From the IMG/VR virus record IMGVR_UViG_3300047994_000617, positions 32,001-96,000 of that record: 64,000 bases of DNA. One strand, 5' to 3'. Every line of letters begins with the position of its first letter. Within the stretch, counting starts at the first letter, position 1. The DNA is from a virus. Below the pieces are notes generated by a model that did not search any database, had not been told where the DNA came from, and saw nothing but the letters and a program-made list of their open reading frames with translations. Made by a program: the position numbers and the translations under genes. Below are positions 18,770-28,304 of the stretch, piece by piece.

Positions 18770-19723
18770 GTGGACTTCTCCTTCAGCCGGGGCTCGGGGG
18801 TTCCCACACCGCCGCCGGCGCTCGGTTCTGACACGAACCCGGCGACGCTGACCGGCGCCGCGGCGGCGGCCTACGTCACCAACGACAACTGCGTCACCTT
18901 CCAGCTCGTCGAGGCCGGACCGCAACCGCTGCACCTCGCCGTCGCGGCCGCCTTCGTGGGGACCGGCACGCCGGGGCTGGTGACGCTTAGCCTGTACGTC
19001 TGGGACCCGACCACGGGGACCTGGTTTGCCCTCCCGACCCCCGCGACGCTCGACGTTGGCCAGGAGGTTACGGTCGACGTCCCGGTGGTGATGAGCACGA
19101 CCCTGGCCTGGACGCTGGCGATCGTCGCGTCGGTGGCCTCCCCGGGGGCCGGGATCTACACGTTCGAGGCGGGGCTCAGCGAGAGCGCCGCCGCCGGGAC
19201 CGGCGGCGGCGGGCCGACGACCGTCGTCGCGAACCAGGGCCTGCCAACGGCGGACACGACCAGCGCCGCGTGGCCCGAAATCGCGGCCAACTCGACGTAC
19301 GGTGCATGCTGGGGGGGCACGGCGCCGTTCGGCGCGCCGACCGCTCCGCCGCTCGCCCCTAACTTCGCGCCGGGCGGCTCGGCGGTGGAAGCCGGCGCGG
19401 TGCGGGTGGTCGCCGGCGGCGTCGTGCGCTGCCTCACGGGCGGGCACGTCGCCGCGAACCCGCCGCCCAATGGCGCGCAGGGCGTGACGAGCACGGACGG
19501 CGCCGGCAACGAATGGCTCGGGCTCGGCCCGCTCAAGCAGGGCATCGTCCTGCGAAACCTCGACGCGACCAACGTGCTCATGTGGGACTGGTTCCCCGAC
19601 CAGGCCGCGGGGTTCCCCATCGGCCCCGGCGCCGCGATGGAGATCCCGGTCTCGGACCCCTCGCTGATCTACGTCTGGGGTGCGACGGCCGCCGTCGGGT
19701 GGGCCGTCGCGGGGGCGTCGTGA
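18770..19723 (+). CDS. Beta-rich Thr/Ala/Gly protein, putative virion vertex or spike component
   Basis: Alternating hydrophobic strand pattern and very low charge; GTG start chosen from the upstream GGAGGA. Confidence 0.55.
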   Translation: MDFSFSRGSGVPTPPPALGSDTNPATLTGAAAAAYVTNDNCVTFQLVEAGPQPLHLAVAAAFVGTGTPGLVTLSLYVWDPTTGTWFALPTPATLDVGQEVTVDVPVVMSTTLAWTLAIVASVASPGAGIYTFEAGLSESAAAGTGGGGPTTVVANQGLPTADTTSAAWPEIAANSTYGACWGGTAPFGAPTAPPLAPNFAPGGSAVEAGAVRVVAGGVVRCLTGGHVAANPPPNGAQGVTSTDGAGNEWLGLGPLKQGIVLRNLDATNVLMWDWFPDQAAGFPIGPGAAMEIPVSDPSLIYVWGATAAVGWAVAGAS

Positions 19724-20121
19724 GGCGCGGACTGGCCTACGTGGCCGCGCCCGGATCATCGGGGCCGACGTCGTTCACGCGCTCAGCCGTCGTGACCACG
19801 ACGGGGAACGGCGCGACCCCCGCTGACATCGCCGTCGCGCCCGGCGCGATCGGTGTGGCCTCGGCGACGTTCGTTCCGGATCCGACCTCGATCGTTCCGT
19901 ACGCGATCCAGGTGACCTTCACGTCGCCGATGCCGTACGCGCTGTACGTCGTGGAAATCCAGTTGGACGGGCAGACCAGCGCCTACGAAATCGGTGCCGG
20001 TTTCGTGGCGCCGGGGACGATGACCGAGAACGGCTTCGTATTTCGGGTGAGCTTCGGAGGGTTTGTCGACCCGAGCACCTACGCGCTGAACATCAGCCTG
20101 ATCTGCATCTCAGGCCCGTGA
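19720..20121 (+). CDS. Small beta-rich putative virion protein
   Basis: GTGA overlap; YAIQVTFTSPMPYALYVV...TENGFVFRV strand pattern. Confidence 0.55.
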   Translation: MRRGLAYVAAPGSSGPTSFTRSAVVTTTGNGATPADIAVAPGAIGVASATFVPDPTSIVPYAIQVTFTSPMPYALYVVEIQLDGQTSAYEIGAGFVAPGTMTENGFVFRVSFGGFVDPSTYALNISLICISGP

Positions 20122-20242
20122 TGGCCGCGCCGCGATTGGTCAGCCGCAACGGCGCCCTCTCCCCGCGACCCGTGACGCATCGGCGCGTCGTGGCAGCGCG
20201 CTCCCGCTGCTCGACGCACGACGCTCCGCCGACCCCGTCGGC

Positions 20243-20278
20243 GTCGCGACCCAATAAGTCGATTTATTGGGTCGCGAC
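20243..20278. repeat. 36-bp near-perfect palindrome (15-bp arms GTCGCGACCCAATAA/TTATTGGGTCGCGAC, spacer GTCGAT)
   Basis: Read directly from the sequence. Confidence 0.9.
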
Positions 20279-20284
20279 CCCGTA

Positions 20285-20308
20285 ATAAGCCAAATCGGGT
20301 CACGCCAA
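20285..20308 (+). promoter_or_regulatory. Conserved 24-bp motif, copy 3
   Basis: ATAAGCCAAATCGGGTCACGCCAA upstream of the giant ORF. Confidence 0.75.
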
Positions 20309-20371
20309 ACACCCTATCAGGGGTTGTCTCGTACGGTGTGCTCAGCGCACGCTGACCACATGGAGACTGAG

Positions 20372-23300
20372 ATGCCGGCGCTGCTGGTGGATGGCGACAC
20401 TCGGGCCGCCGACACGCGTCCACTCGACTTGTCGGGCGGCGAGACCGGGGCGGACATCCTGCCCGTCGGCGGCAAGCCCGCGCGCGCGCCGGAGCCCCTC
20501 CACCTGGACAACCTCGCTGGGCAGCCGGCCCCCCTCCAGCTTTCGCCGGAGCCCGCTCCGAGCGCGCCGAAGCCCGCGCCGCGCGCGCCGTCGCCGCCTC
20601 TCCAGCTCAGCGGCGAGCCCGCTCCCAGCCCGCCGCGGTCTCCGGGGCCCCGTCCCCTCCACCTCGGCGCGTCGCCGGCTTCTCCCGTCAACCCGGTCAC
20701 CCCCAGCGCGCCGTCGGCGCGACCGAGGGGGCCGGGCGAGCCGCGGTCGCTGGTCCCCGGCCTCGGCGGGATCCACGCGGGTCACATGGGCGCGGCCACC
20801 GGCCTCGTCCACGGCGCGGTCTCCCAGGTCGGCCGAACGCACCCCCACAACGTCCACATGGGCCAGCTCGCCCACGGCGCGCACGCCGATCCGGTGCGGT
20901 ACGGCGGCGACTTCCTGATCGCGAGCCACGGACCGAAGCGCTTCCACGAGCTCCACGGGGAAGGGCGGCTCCCGTCGCAGGCGTGGGAGCGCCACCGCGA
21001 TATCGCGCGCCATGCGCGCCGCGTCCACGAGGAGCTGGGCGGCGAGCTCGCGCGCCGCCACGGACGCCGGCCCCTCGGGGAGCGCACCCTGATCGGGATC
21101 GCCGCCATGAACGGGGCGCACGACGACATGGCGCGTTACCTCGACGCCCAGCGGGTCCACCCGCACCACCCGGCGCACGAGAGCTGGCACGTCCTGATGC
21201 GCGGCTTTCACCCGCGCGAGATCGCTCGCGTGGGCTCGGAGATCGTGCCCGGGGGGGCCATCGAGCCGGCGGTCGACGCCTACCGCGCGATCTGGGTGGA
21301 GCGCGCTTCAAAGGCACGCGCGGCGCGCCGCGCGTTGCTCGCGCGCCTCCGCGCCCTCTGGGCCTCAGGCGATCCCTCGCTCGTGCCGGCCTTCGAGGGC
21401 GTCGTCCGGGGCATGAGCCCGGAGCAGACGGCGCGGCTCCGTACGACGATCGAGCAGGACGGGGACATCGCGCGCGTGCTCGAGGAGATCGAGGCCGCCA
21501 ATGCCGAGGCGCGCATGGCCTCACGCGAGGCCGCCATGCGGCGCTGGCTCGCCGAGTACCACGCCAACCGCGACCCGGAGGCCCAGACCCCCCTGGACGA
21601 GCTGGCGATGACGCCCCCCTCAAGCGCGCTCATCGGCGCGGCCGAGGGCGACGAGGACGACGACGAGGACGAGGGGGACACGGGCGGTCGCGGCGGAGGC
21701 GGCGGTCACGGCGGAGGCAGCGGACGCGGCGGAGGCCGCCGTCCGAGCGCATGGGGAGGTGCGTGGGGTGGCGGGGGCACACCTGGCTGGTTCTTCCTGC
21801 CCGAGGACCCCGACGAGGCTCTCGACGACCCCGATCCCGAGGCGGGCGCTCCGATGGGCGCCCCGGCCGTGGCCCCGCTGCGGGCGCCGTCTCCCGGCGC
21901 GCACACCGCCGACGGCGTGGTCCCCCTCCACGAGCTCGTGCAGGGCTTCGGTCGCGCCGGCCGCGAGCAGCTCCGCCAAGCCTGGGACCGCGGCAACCCC
22001 TACGACGCCTACCGCGCGATCCTCGATCAGCGGGGCGAGGCGACGCGCGCCGCGCGCGAGGCCGCGTTCGTGGCGCGTCTGGAGCGCCTCGGCTGCATGG
22101 CCGACGGGCTCTGCGAGATCCCCCGCGAACGGCTCACCGCATTCAGCGACCTCACCGAGATGTTCAGCCCGGAGCAGTGGGCGCGGTTCGCGGCCGCGCT
22201 CACCCAGGGCGAGGACAAGCCGCTCGACCTCTTCCGCCAGATCGAGGCGGAGAACCTCGACGCCGCGAAGGCCACCCGGCCGCTCGCCTTCATGCGCTAC
22301 TTCGGATCCTGGGGGCAGCACGCCGCCCGCTGGAACCCGCTGGAGTGGGCCATGCTGGCCCCCCGGATCGGGGTCGACGCGGCGGACGCGGCGGACGCCG
22401 CTGGGATCTTCGACGACCTGAGCGGCGCCCTGGGCGGCGCGCTCAGCGGAGCGGGCGGTGGCGGCGGCGGCAACCCGCTGTCCGGGCTGTCCGGGCTCCT
22501 GGGCGGCGGTGGCGGGGGCGGCGGGGGCGGCGGGGGTGGTCCGGACTTCGGGCAGATCGCCGGCCTCGTCACCAAGGTCGGCGGCGCGATCGCTGGTGCA
22601 GCAGGGGGGCACCCGGGTGCGGGTCTCCCGCCCGACCTGGCCGGCTTCGCCGCCAAGGCCGTCGGAGCACTCACGGGGCGGGCGGCAGCGCCTCCCGTGG
22701 GGCCTCCCATCGGCGCGCCCGCGGCCCAACCGATCCAGGCCCCGACCCGGCCGGTCGTGCATCCAGCGCCCCCGCCGCCGCCCACGCACGAAGGACCGCC
22801 GCGGCACTTCTTCAAGGTGATCGAGGCGTGGGGCCCGCGCGGCAAGACGCAGCTCGCCCACGAGTGGGTCAAGGGGCTCGTCGGGATCGGCCTCGGCGAG
22901 ATGGCGCAGGCGCAGGGGCCCGCCCTCCTGGATCGGATCGCGGTGCGGGAGCTCCCCGCCGCCAACACCGATCCGGCCCAGGGGTGGTGGTCGCAGCTCA
23001 TCGCGCACCAGGGGATCGACGGGAACGAGGCGGAGGTCGTGCTCGCCGCGATCAACGCCGGCCCGGACGCGATCCCGCAGGCCGTCGCGGCCTACCGCCG
23101 CGTGCTCGAGGGGCCCGTACGCCACCAGGCCCTGGAGCGCGAACACCTCTTCGCCGAGGTGCTCGCCGCGGCGCAGAAGGCCGCCGGCAAGCCCGGCTTC
23201 GACCCGAAGCGGCTCCCCGGCCTCGGCAACCCGTTCGAGGCGTTCTCCCACCGCGCCGGCCGCTGGGGCGCCGTCCACCAGGCGCTCCTCAACGGTTCGG

Positions 23301-26300
23301 GCGCCGCGGAGGCATTCCGCGGGAGCGAGGACCAGCGCGTCGCCGACTACCTCCGCCTGGCCGGTGAGCGGATGGAGCACTTCGCCCGCGAGCTCTGGGC
23401 ACGTCGCTCCAAGGCGGCCCCCGCGCCGTCGCCGGCGGCGCCGTCGGGCCCCGAGGCGGGCGACCCGTTCGAGGCGGGCGCCCTGTGGGGCAATCGCTTC
23501 GGGCGCGAGGGCATCCGCCGCGAGGGCATCGTTCGCGAGGGCTTCGGGCGCGAGGGCATCCGCCGCGAGGGCGTCCTTCGCGAGGGCTTCGGGCGGGAAG
23601 GCATCCGCCGCGAGGGCATCCTCCGGGAGGGCTTCGGGCGCGAGGGCATCCGCCGCGAGGGCGCGCTCCGCGGTCCCCCGATGGGTCCCGGCTGGGGCGG
23701 CCGGCAGTGGTCCGCCGGTCACCCGGGGGCGCACAGCTTCGTCGGGTACGACGGCAAGACCCGCATGGGGGAGCACTTCGTCGATTCGCACGGCTATCAG
23801 GCGATGCGGACGGCGGACGGCCACGTCTGGCTGTGGCAGACGGACGGGTCGGGGTGGAAGGACAATGGCCCGGGAGGGAAAAGCCCCGGGTACAGCGAGA
23901 GAGGCCTCCAGGGCTTCTTCGCGCACGTTCACGCGGCCGAGACCCACGGGCCGGAGGAGGAGGCGGGCTTCGCTGTCCGTCGTCCGCGTCCCTTCTTCCA
24001 CCTCGGATTCAACCGGCCGTGGAGCCGGCTCGAGATGGCCCGCATGCTGGAGGCGGTCCCACAACTCCGGGCGCATCCCGATGGTGTGCTCCAGGAGATC
24101 GCGGGGCGCCGGGCGCGTCCGCGCGACCTGCGAGGCGTGGACGCGACACGCCTCGAATACCACATCCTGCCTCGCGGCGAGTCCTTCAACGACATCGCCG
24201 CGAAGCTGGTCGGGGACCGCCGCCGCGGGGCCGAGATCGTCTTCGCCAACCCCGGGCTCGGCGAGGGCCAACGGACCCTCCGGATCCCTCCGGGATGGCT
24301 CGGCCGGATCCCCCTCCGGATCCCCGCGCACCTCGTTCACGAAGCCGCCGGCCTCGATGCCGGGGAAGCCGGCGAAACCGGCGAGGCCGGGTCGGTCCGA
24401 CGTTCTCGGCGCCGCAACGGCGGTGGGAGAGGGCGGGGAGGGCGGGGCGGCCACGGGGGCGGAGGAGGCGGCTACGGCGGCTTCCAGGGCCCCCAGGGGC
24501 CCCCGGGACCCCCGGGCGACGCCGAGCCGGACGACGACGACGCCAGCGGCTTCGTCGACGACCTCCGGGCCCTCGTGCTCGGGGGCGGCGCCCCCGCGCC
24601 CATGATCTCCCCCCAGCCGGAGCCGCCCATCGACGAGACCCCGGTCGATCTCCTGGAGACGCCCCGCGGCCTCGAGACGCCGGCCCCCGGCCACGGCAGC
24701 GCGGTGGACGGTCCGCGGAGCCCGCTGACCCGCACCACCTACAAGGTCGAGCGGTCCGGCATGGGGATGTTCGCCATCGCCCAGAAGTTCGGAGCCGTGC
24801 CGCCGAAACGCGCCCACTGGTTCGGCGAGCTCCGCGACGCGAACCCGCACAAGCACATCGCCGTCGACAGCGCTGGCAAGCAGATCGGCTGGCAGAGCCT
24901 CGGCAAGGGCGAGGAGATCAACATCCCCGACGCCTGGATCGCGAAGGGCGAGGCCTCCGGCGTCGACGAGGAGGCCGGACAGCCCCTCGCGCTGACCGAC
25001 GAGAACCTCGTGGAGGCGGGGCCCCCCATCTTCGCCAAGCTCGGCGACATCGCCGGCGCGACCAAGATCCTGAGGGCCATCCAGGGGCGCCTCGGGAACG
25101 AGGGGCTCGACACGTTTCAGCGAAGGATCTTCGACGCCATCACGGGGTACTCGGACAAGGACCCGGCGATCGTCGAGGTCTATGCGCTCCTCGGCCGTGA
25201 CCGCGGCGTGGCGGCGGCGCTGGACGGACTCCGGAGCGGGCGGCGCGACAGCAAGGACATCTCCCGCTTCGGCCGGAGGGTGCTCGCTGCGCTCACGGGC
25301 GAGCTCGAAGTGGCCCCTCGCCCCCGCAACTACGACACGCAGGGCCTCGACGAGGCGGGCGACACGGGCGCCATCGACGAGGACGCCCTCCGCCAGAACA
25401 TCACCCAGCGCACGTACGTGGTCCAGCGCGGCGACGGGATGCAGGCGATCGCGAAAAAGCTGGGCGCCTTCCCCGCGCGGCCCAAGTGGTTCGCGGAGCT
25501 CCGGGACGCCAACCCCCACAAGGAGATGGCCACCCAGGGCGGCAAGCAGATCGGCTGGAAGCGCCTCTACGCCGGCAAGGTCATCAACATCCCCGACGTC
25601 TGGCCGGAGTCGCCCGCGCTGGTCGCGCCGCCGAGCGGACCGACCGTCGCTCCCCCGCACCCCGGGATCGAGCACGCGCCCGGAGGCCCGGGAGGGGCAA
25701 CCCCCTCCGTGACGGCCCCGCCGGGGACGATCCCCGCGGCCGCCACGATCGACAAGGGGACCATCCATCGGGTGCAGGCGTACCTCGTGCTGTTCCGCAC
25801 GGGTCACCCGGACGCGATCGATCCGAAAGACTTCGGCGTCGGGATGCCGGTCTCCCAGGACGTGATCGGCGTTCCCTCGGCGCGCACGACGAGGGCCATC
25901 GGGAGCTTCCAGCGCTGGAGCAACCGGACCGCGGGCACGCACCTCCGCGAGGACGGTCAGCTCGACCCGGCCACGATCGAGGCGCTCGATCACTACGCGC
26001 TCACGGCCCTCGACCTGCCCCCGCGGCCGGCCCTGGCGCCGGTCCTCGGCGGGGAGATGCCCCACCCGGCCGACCCCTACGGGCCGCTGCTCGACGGCGC
26101 GGCCCACGACGTGACCCAGGTCGCCGTGGACATCGCCCGCAAGGCCGGCGAGCTCCCGCGCCCGCAGACGCCGCCGCCCGGCGCCGCCCAAATCCCCGAG
26201 GACCCGTACCGAGACCTCCCCAAGCTGCGCGGCGAGGTGATCCGCGTGCTCGACGGCGGCCCCCCGGCCCAGCCGCCCGGTCCCGCTCCGCAGCCGCCGG

Positions 26301-26647
26301 CGCCGGCGCCCCCGCCCGCGGGCCCGCCGCCGCGTCCGGGTCCCCCGCCGCGCCGGCACCGTCCGCCGCGTGACGCGGGGCCCGACATGCGCGCCTCCTA
26401 CGACGCGCCGATCCCGTCGCTCGCGCCCGCCCCTCGGGCGCCGGACGGGCTCCCGCCCGCCGCGCCCCCGGACGCGTCGCGCCCGCCGCCGAAGAAGAAG
26501 GCGGAGGGCGACGTCGGCCCGATGATCGGCGGGACGCTGCTGGGCGGCCTGCTCGGCGGCCCGATCGGAGCGGTCATGGGCTTCATCGGCGGCGCGATCG
26601 CGTCGGAGGACCCGAAGCCGACCCCGCCGCCCGCGAGAAGGGCCTGA
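20372..26647 (+). CDS. ~2090-aa multidomain protein (helical repeats, Arg/Gly-rich segments, three LysM-like domains, PG-binding domain, C-terminal Gly-zipper TM); putative virion polyprotein
   Basis: LysM-like YHILPRGESFNDIAAK, YKVERSGMGMFAIAQK, YVVQRGDGMQAIAKK..ANP..INIP; TTRAIGSFQR..LREDGQLDPATIEAL; alternative start 20360. Confidence 0.75.
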   Translation: MPALLVDGDTRAADTRPLDLSGGETGADILPVGGKPARAPEPLHLDNLAGQPAPLQLSPEPAPSAPKPAPRAPSPPLQLSGEPAPSPPRSPGPRPLHLGASPASPVNPVTPSAPSARPRGPGEPRSLVPGLGGIHAGHMGAATGLVHGAVSQVGRTHPHNVHMGQLAHGAHADPVRYGGDFLIASHGPKRFHELHGEGRLPSQAWERHRDIARHARRVHEELGGELARRHGRRPLGERTLIGIAAMNGAHDDMARYLDAQRVHPHHPAHESWHVLMRGFHPREIARVGSEIVPGGAIEPAVDAYRAIWVERASKARAARRALLARLRALWASGDPSLVPAFEGVVRGMSPEQTARLRTTIEQDGDIARVLEEIEAANAEARMASREAAMRRWLAEYHANRDPEAQTPLDELAMTPPSSALIGAAEGDEDDDEDEGDTGGRGGGGGHGGGSGRGGGRRPSAWGGAWGGGGTPGWFFLPEDPDEALDDPDPEAGAPMGAPAVAPLRAPSPGAHTADGVVPLHELVQGFGRAGREQLRQAWDRGNPYDAYRAILDQRGEATRAAREAAFVARLERLGCMADGLCEIPRERLTAFSDLTEMFSPEQWARFAAALTQGEDKPLDLFRQIEAENLDAAKATRPLAFMRYFGSWGQHAARWNPLEWAMLAPRIGVDAADAADAAGIFDDLSGALGGALSGAGGGGGGNPLSGLSGLLGGGGGGGGGGGGGPDFGQIAGLVTKVGGAIAGAAGGHPGAGLPPDLAGFAAKAVGALTGRAAAPPVGPPIGAPAAQPIQAPTRPVVHPAPPPPPTHEGPPRHFFKVIEAWGPRGKTQLAHEWVKGLVGIGLGEMAQAQGPALLDRIAVRELPAANTDPAQGWWSQLIAHQGIDGNEAEVVLAAINAGPDAIPQAVAAYRRVLEGPVRHQALEREHLFAEVLAAAQKAAGKPGFDPKRLPGLGNPFEAFSHRAGRWGAVHQALLNGSGAAEAFRGSEDQRVADYLRLAGERMEHFARELWARRSKAAPAPSPAAPSGPEAGDPFEAGALWGNRFGREGIRREGIVREGFGREGIRREGVLREGFGREGIRREGILREGFGREGIRREGALRGPPMGPGWGGRQWSAGHPGAHSFVGYDGKTRMGEHFVDSHGYQAMRTADGHVWLWQTDGSGWKDNGPGGKSPGYSERGLQGFFAHVHAAETHGPEEEAGFAVRRPRPFFHLGFNRPWSRLEMARMLEAVPQLRAHPDGVLQEIAGRRARPRDLRGVDATRLEYHILPRGESFNDIAAKLVGDRRRGAEIVFANPGLGEGQRTLRIPPGWLGRIPLRIPAHLVHEAAGLDAGEAGETGEAGSVRRSRRRNGGGRGRGGRGGHGGGGGGYGGFQGPQGPPGPPGDAEPDDDDASGFVDDLRALVLGGGAPAPMISPQPEPPIDETPVDLLETPRGLETPAPGHGSAVDGPRSPLTRTTYKVERSGMGMFAIAQKFGAVPPKRAHWFGELRDANPHKHIAVDSAGKQIGWQSLGKGEEINIPDAWIAKGEASGVDEEAGQPLALTDENLVEAGPPIFAKLGDIAGATKILRAIQGRLGNEGLDTFQRRIFDAITGYSDKDPAIVEVYALLGRDRGVAAALDGLRSGRRDSKDISRFGRRVLAALTGELEVAPRPRNYDTQGLDEAGDTGAIDEDALRQNITQRTYVVQRGDGMQAIAKKLGAFPARPKWFAELRDANPHKEMATQGGKQIGWKRLYAGKVINIPDVWPESPALVAPPSGPTVAPPHPGIEHAPGGPGGATPSVTAPPGTIPAAATIDKGTIHRVQAYLVLFRTGHPDAIDPKDFGVGMPVSQDVIGVPSARTTRAIGSFQRWSNRTAGTHLREDGQLDPATIEALDHYALTALDLPPRPALAPVLGGEMPHPADPYGPLLDGAAHDVTQVAVDIARKAGELPRPQTPPPGAAQIPEDPYRDLPKLRGEVIRVLDGGPPAQPPGPAPQPPAPAPPPAGPPPRPGPPPRRHRPPRDAGPDMRASYDAPIPSLAPAPRAPDGLPPAAPPDASRPPPKKKAEGDVGPMIGGTLLGGLLGGPIGAVMGFIGGAIASEDPKPTPPPARRA
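23498..23662 (+). repeat. 15-bp unit repeat encoding (xxREG)n
   Basis: FGREGIRREGIVREGFGREGIRREGVLREG... Confidence 0.9.
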
Positions 26648-26649
26648 CC

Positions 26650-27558
26650 GTGGCAACGGTGCCCCAGGCGCTCGCCTCGCCGACGTCGATCACGTGGAAA
26701 CACGTCGATCCGGATCTCGGCGCCCAGGTCAAGGCGGCGCTCGCGCTGCGCTCGAGGCCGGGCGCTGACCCACGCGAGGCGTTCCGGAAGATGAGCAGCT
26801 CAGAGCGCGTGCGCTTCCTGCGCGCCCTCTCGATCGGGACGCTGCTCGCCATCGAGGACAGCCGCGTGGGCGGGATCCCTCCCCTCGGGGAGATGGACAC
26901 CGCGCTCACGCTGGGGCGCAAGCCCGTCCGAGCGGACCAGTTCGCGACGCCCGGTCACCTCTACGCCGCGTCGATGCTGGCGCGGGCGCCGATGATGATC
27001 GGCGATCCGGGCAAGCACATGGTCTACAGCGCGGAGACGCGCGAGGGTGACCCCGCTGCCCTCGACACCAAGGGCCCCTCGGCGGAGACCGGAGGAGGCA
27101 CGGACACGGGCCTCGCCCCGATCTTGGTCGGGGTGGCCATCGTGGCGACCACGGGCGTGCTCGGCATCGCCATCTGCTACTGCGGCCAGCTCGCCGCCGA
27201 GGTCGTCGATCGCAAGCTGGCGGACGACGCGCTGACCGCGCGCATGGTGATGACCCAGGCATCGGCCTCGGATCTGGTCATGGCGCACACGGCCCGCGAG
27301 CAGGCCGCGGGCGGCGCCCCGATCCCGTACGACGCGGGGGAGCTGAAGGTGCTCGACATGCTCGGCGGCGCGTACGTCGCGCTGGCGAAGAGAGACAGGA
27401 GCCCGATCCCCAACCCCTTCGCCGGTGCGGTGAAGAGCGCGGGGCGGGCCGTAGAGAACGCTGCGAGCGGCGTGGGCTTCGGCCTGGTCGTCGCGCTGGC
27501 AGCCGCGGGGGCCCTCTACGCCGCATCGCGCGCGGAGGCCGCTCCAGCAGAGCACTGA
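26650..27558 (+). CDS. Membrane protein with two hydrophobic segments; putative virion membrane protein
   Basis: LAPILVGVAIVATTGVLGIAICYC and VGFGLVVALAAAGALYAA. Confidence 0.7.
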   Translation: MATVPQALASPTSITWKHVDPDLGAQVKAALALRSRPGADPREAFRKMSSSERVRFLRALSIGTLLAIEDSRVGGIPPLGEMDTALTLGRKPVRADQFATPGHLYAASMLARAPMMIGDPGKHMVYSAETREGDPAALDTKGPSAETGGGTDTGLAPILVGVAIVATTGVLGIAICYCGQLAAEVVDRKLADDALTARMVMTQASASDLVMAHTAREQAAGGAPIPYDAGELKVLDMLGGAYVALAKRDRSPIPNPFAGAVKSAGRAVENAASGVGFGLVVALAAAGALYAASRAEAAPAEH

Positions 27559-27618
27559 TTTTCGGCCGCGCCGAGCGGAAGCAGGCGCGCGCCCCAGGAC
27601 AACGAAGGAGACGGTGAG

Positions 27619-28209
27619 ATGACGACTCAAGCAGCGGGAGCGGGTGTGATCACGGTGGACGAGAAGGAGTACGCGTCCGGCGTCCGAGCGAAGGCGAAGC
27701 TCGAGGAGCTGAAGCTCGCCGGGAACACCGAAGAGGGTATGGGCCTCATCAAGGGCGGGAAGTACGGCGCCGGCGTGCTCAAGATCGCGGGCGGCTGGGG
27801 CCCCCTGATCACGGCGGCGCTCGCGGGCGGAGCGATCTTCGCCCTGTCCGAGATGAAGTCCGTCAAGGGCATCCAGTTCTTCAAGGACCACTGGTACGCG
27901 AGGGGCATCGCCGGCCTCTTGCTCGCCGCGTTCTTGTGGAAGAAGGGCTATCAAGTGTGGGCCGCGGCCCTCGCCTCCACCGCGCTCGGCCTGATGTACG
28001 CCGACCACGAGAACCGCCAGGGCGCGCCCCCGAAGGAGGCCAGCGGCCCGGAGGACCCGGACGCCGGGTACTGGATCGGCGGCGCGTGGTACCCGCGGCG
28101 CCACTGGGACGACCCGCGGCTCGTCGAGCGCTACCGCCTGGAGGAGCTGCTCCCCGCGCGGCGCGCGGCCGAGGCGCGGGCGGAGCGCCTCTACGAGGTC
28201 GGGGTCTAG
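27619..28209 (+). CDS. Membrane protein with about three TM segments
   Basis: RBS AAGGAG; three hydrophobic stretches. Confidence 0.75.
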   Translation: MTTQAAGAGVITVDEKEYASGVRAKAKLEELKLAGNTEEGMGLIKGGKYGAGVLKIAGGWGPLITAALAGGAIFALSEMKSVKGIQFFKDHWYARGIAGLLLAAFLWKKGYQVWAAALASTALGLMYADHENRQGAPPKEASGPEDPDAGYWIGGAWYPRRHWDDPRLVERYRLEELLPARRAAEARAERLYEVGV

Positions 28210-28231
28210 GCGCGGCGGCGAGGCCGTGAAC

Positions 28232-28268
28232 GCGCAGCCGCGGACCCGAGGGGTCCGCGGGGCTGCGC
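28232..28268 (+). other. GC stem-loop upstream of the capsid candidate
   Basis: gcgcagcc-gcggaccc-gag-gggtccgc-gg-ggctgcgc; no U tract. Confidence 0.65.
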
Positions 28269-28304
28269 TCCACAAGGATGAGACGAGGACGGGAGAGCAA
28301 GGAC

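Noticed and set aside
20372-26647. Tail tape-measure protein
   Set aside because: No flanking tail chaperone, tube or baseplate genes; the sequence is a mosaic of low-complexity, LysM and PG-binding modules rather than a continuous helical repeat
21620-26656. 1678-aa minus-strand ORF, and similar long ORFs at 6469-8661, 11340-14633, 30230-34105 and 60039-63959
   Set aside because: Antisense shadows of motif-bearing + strand genes in very GC-rich DNA; no recognisable motifs of their own
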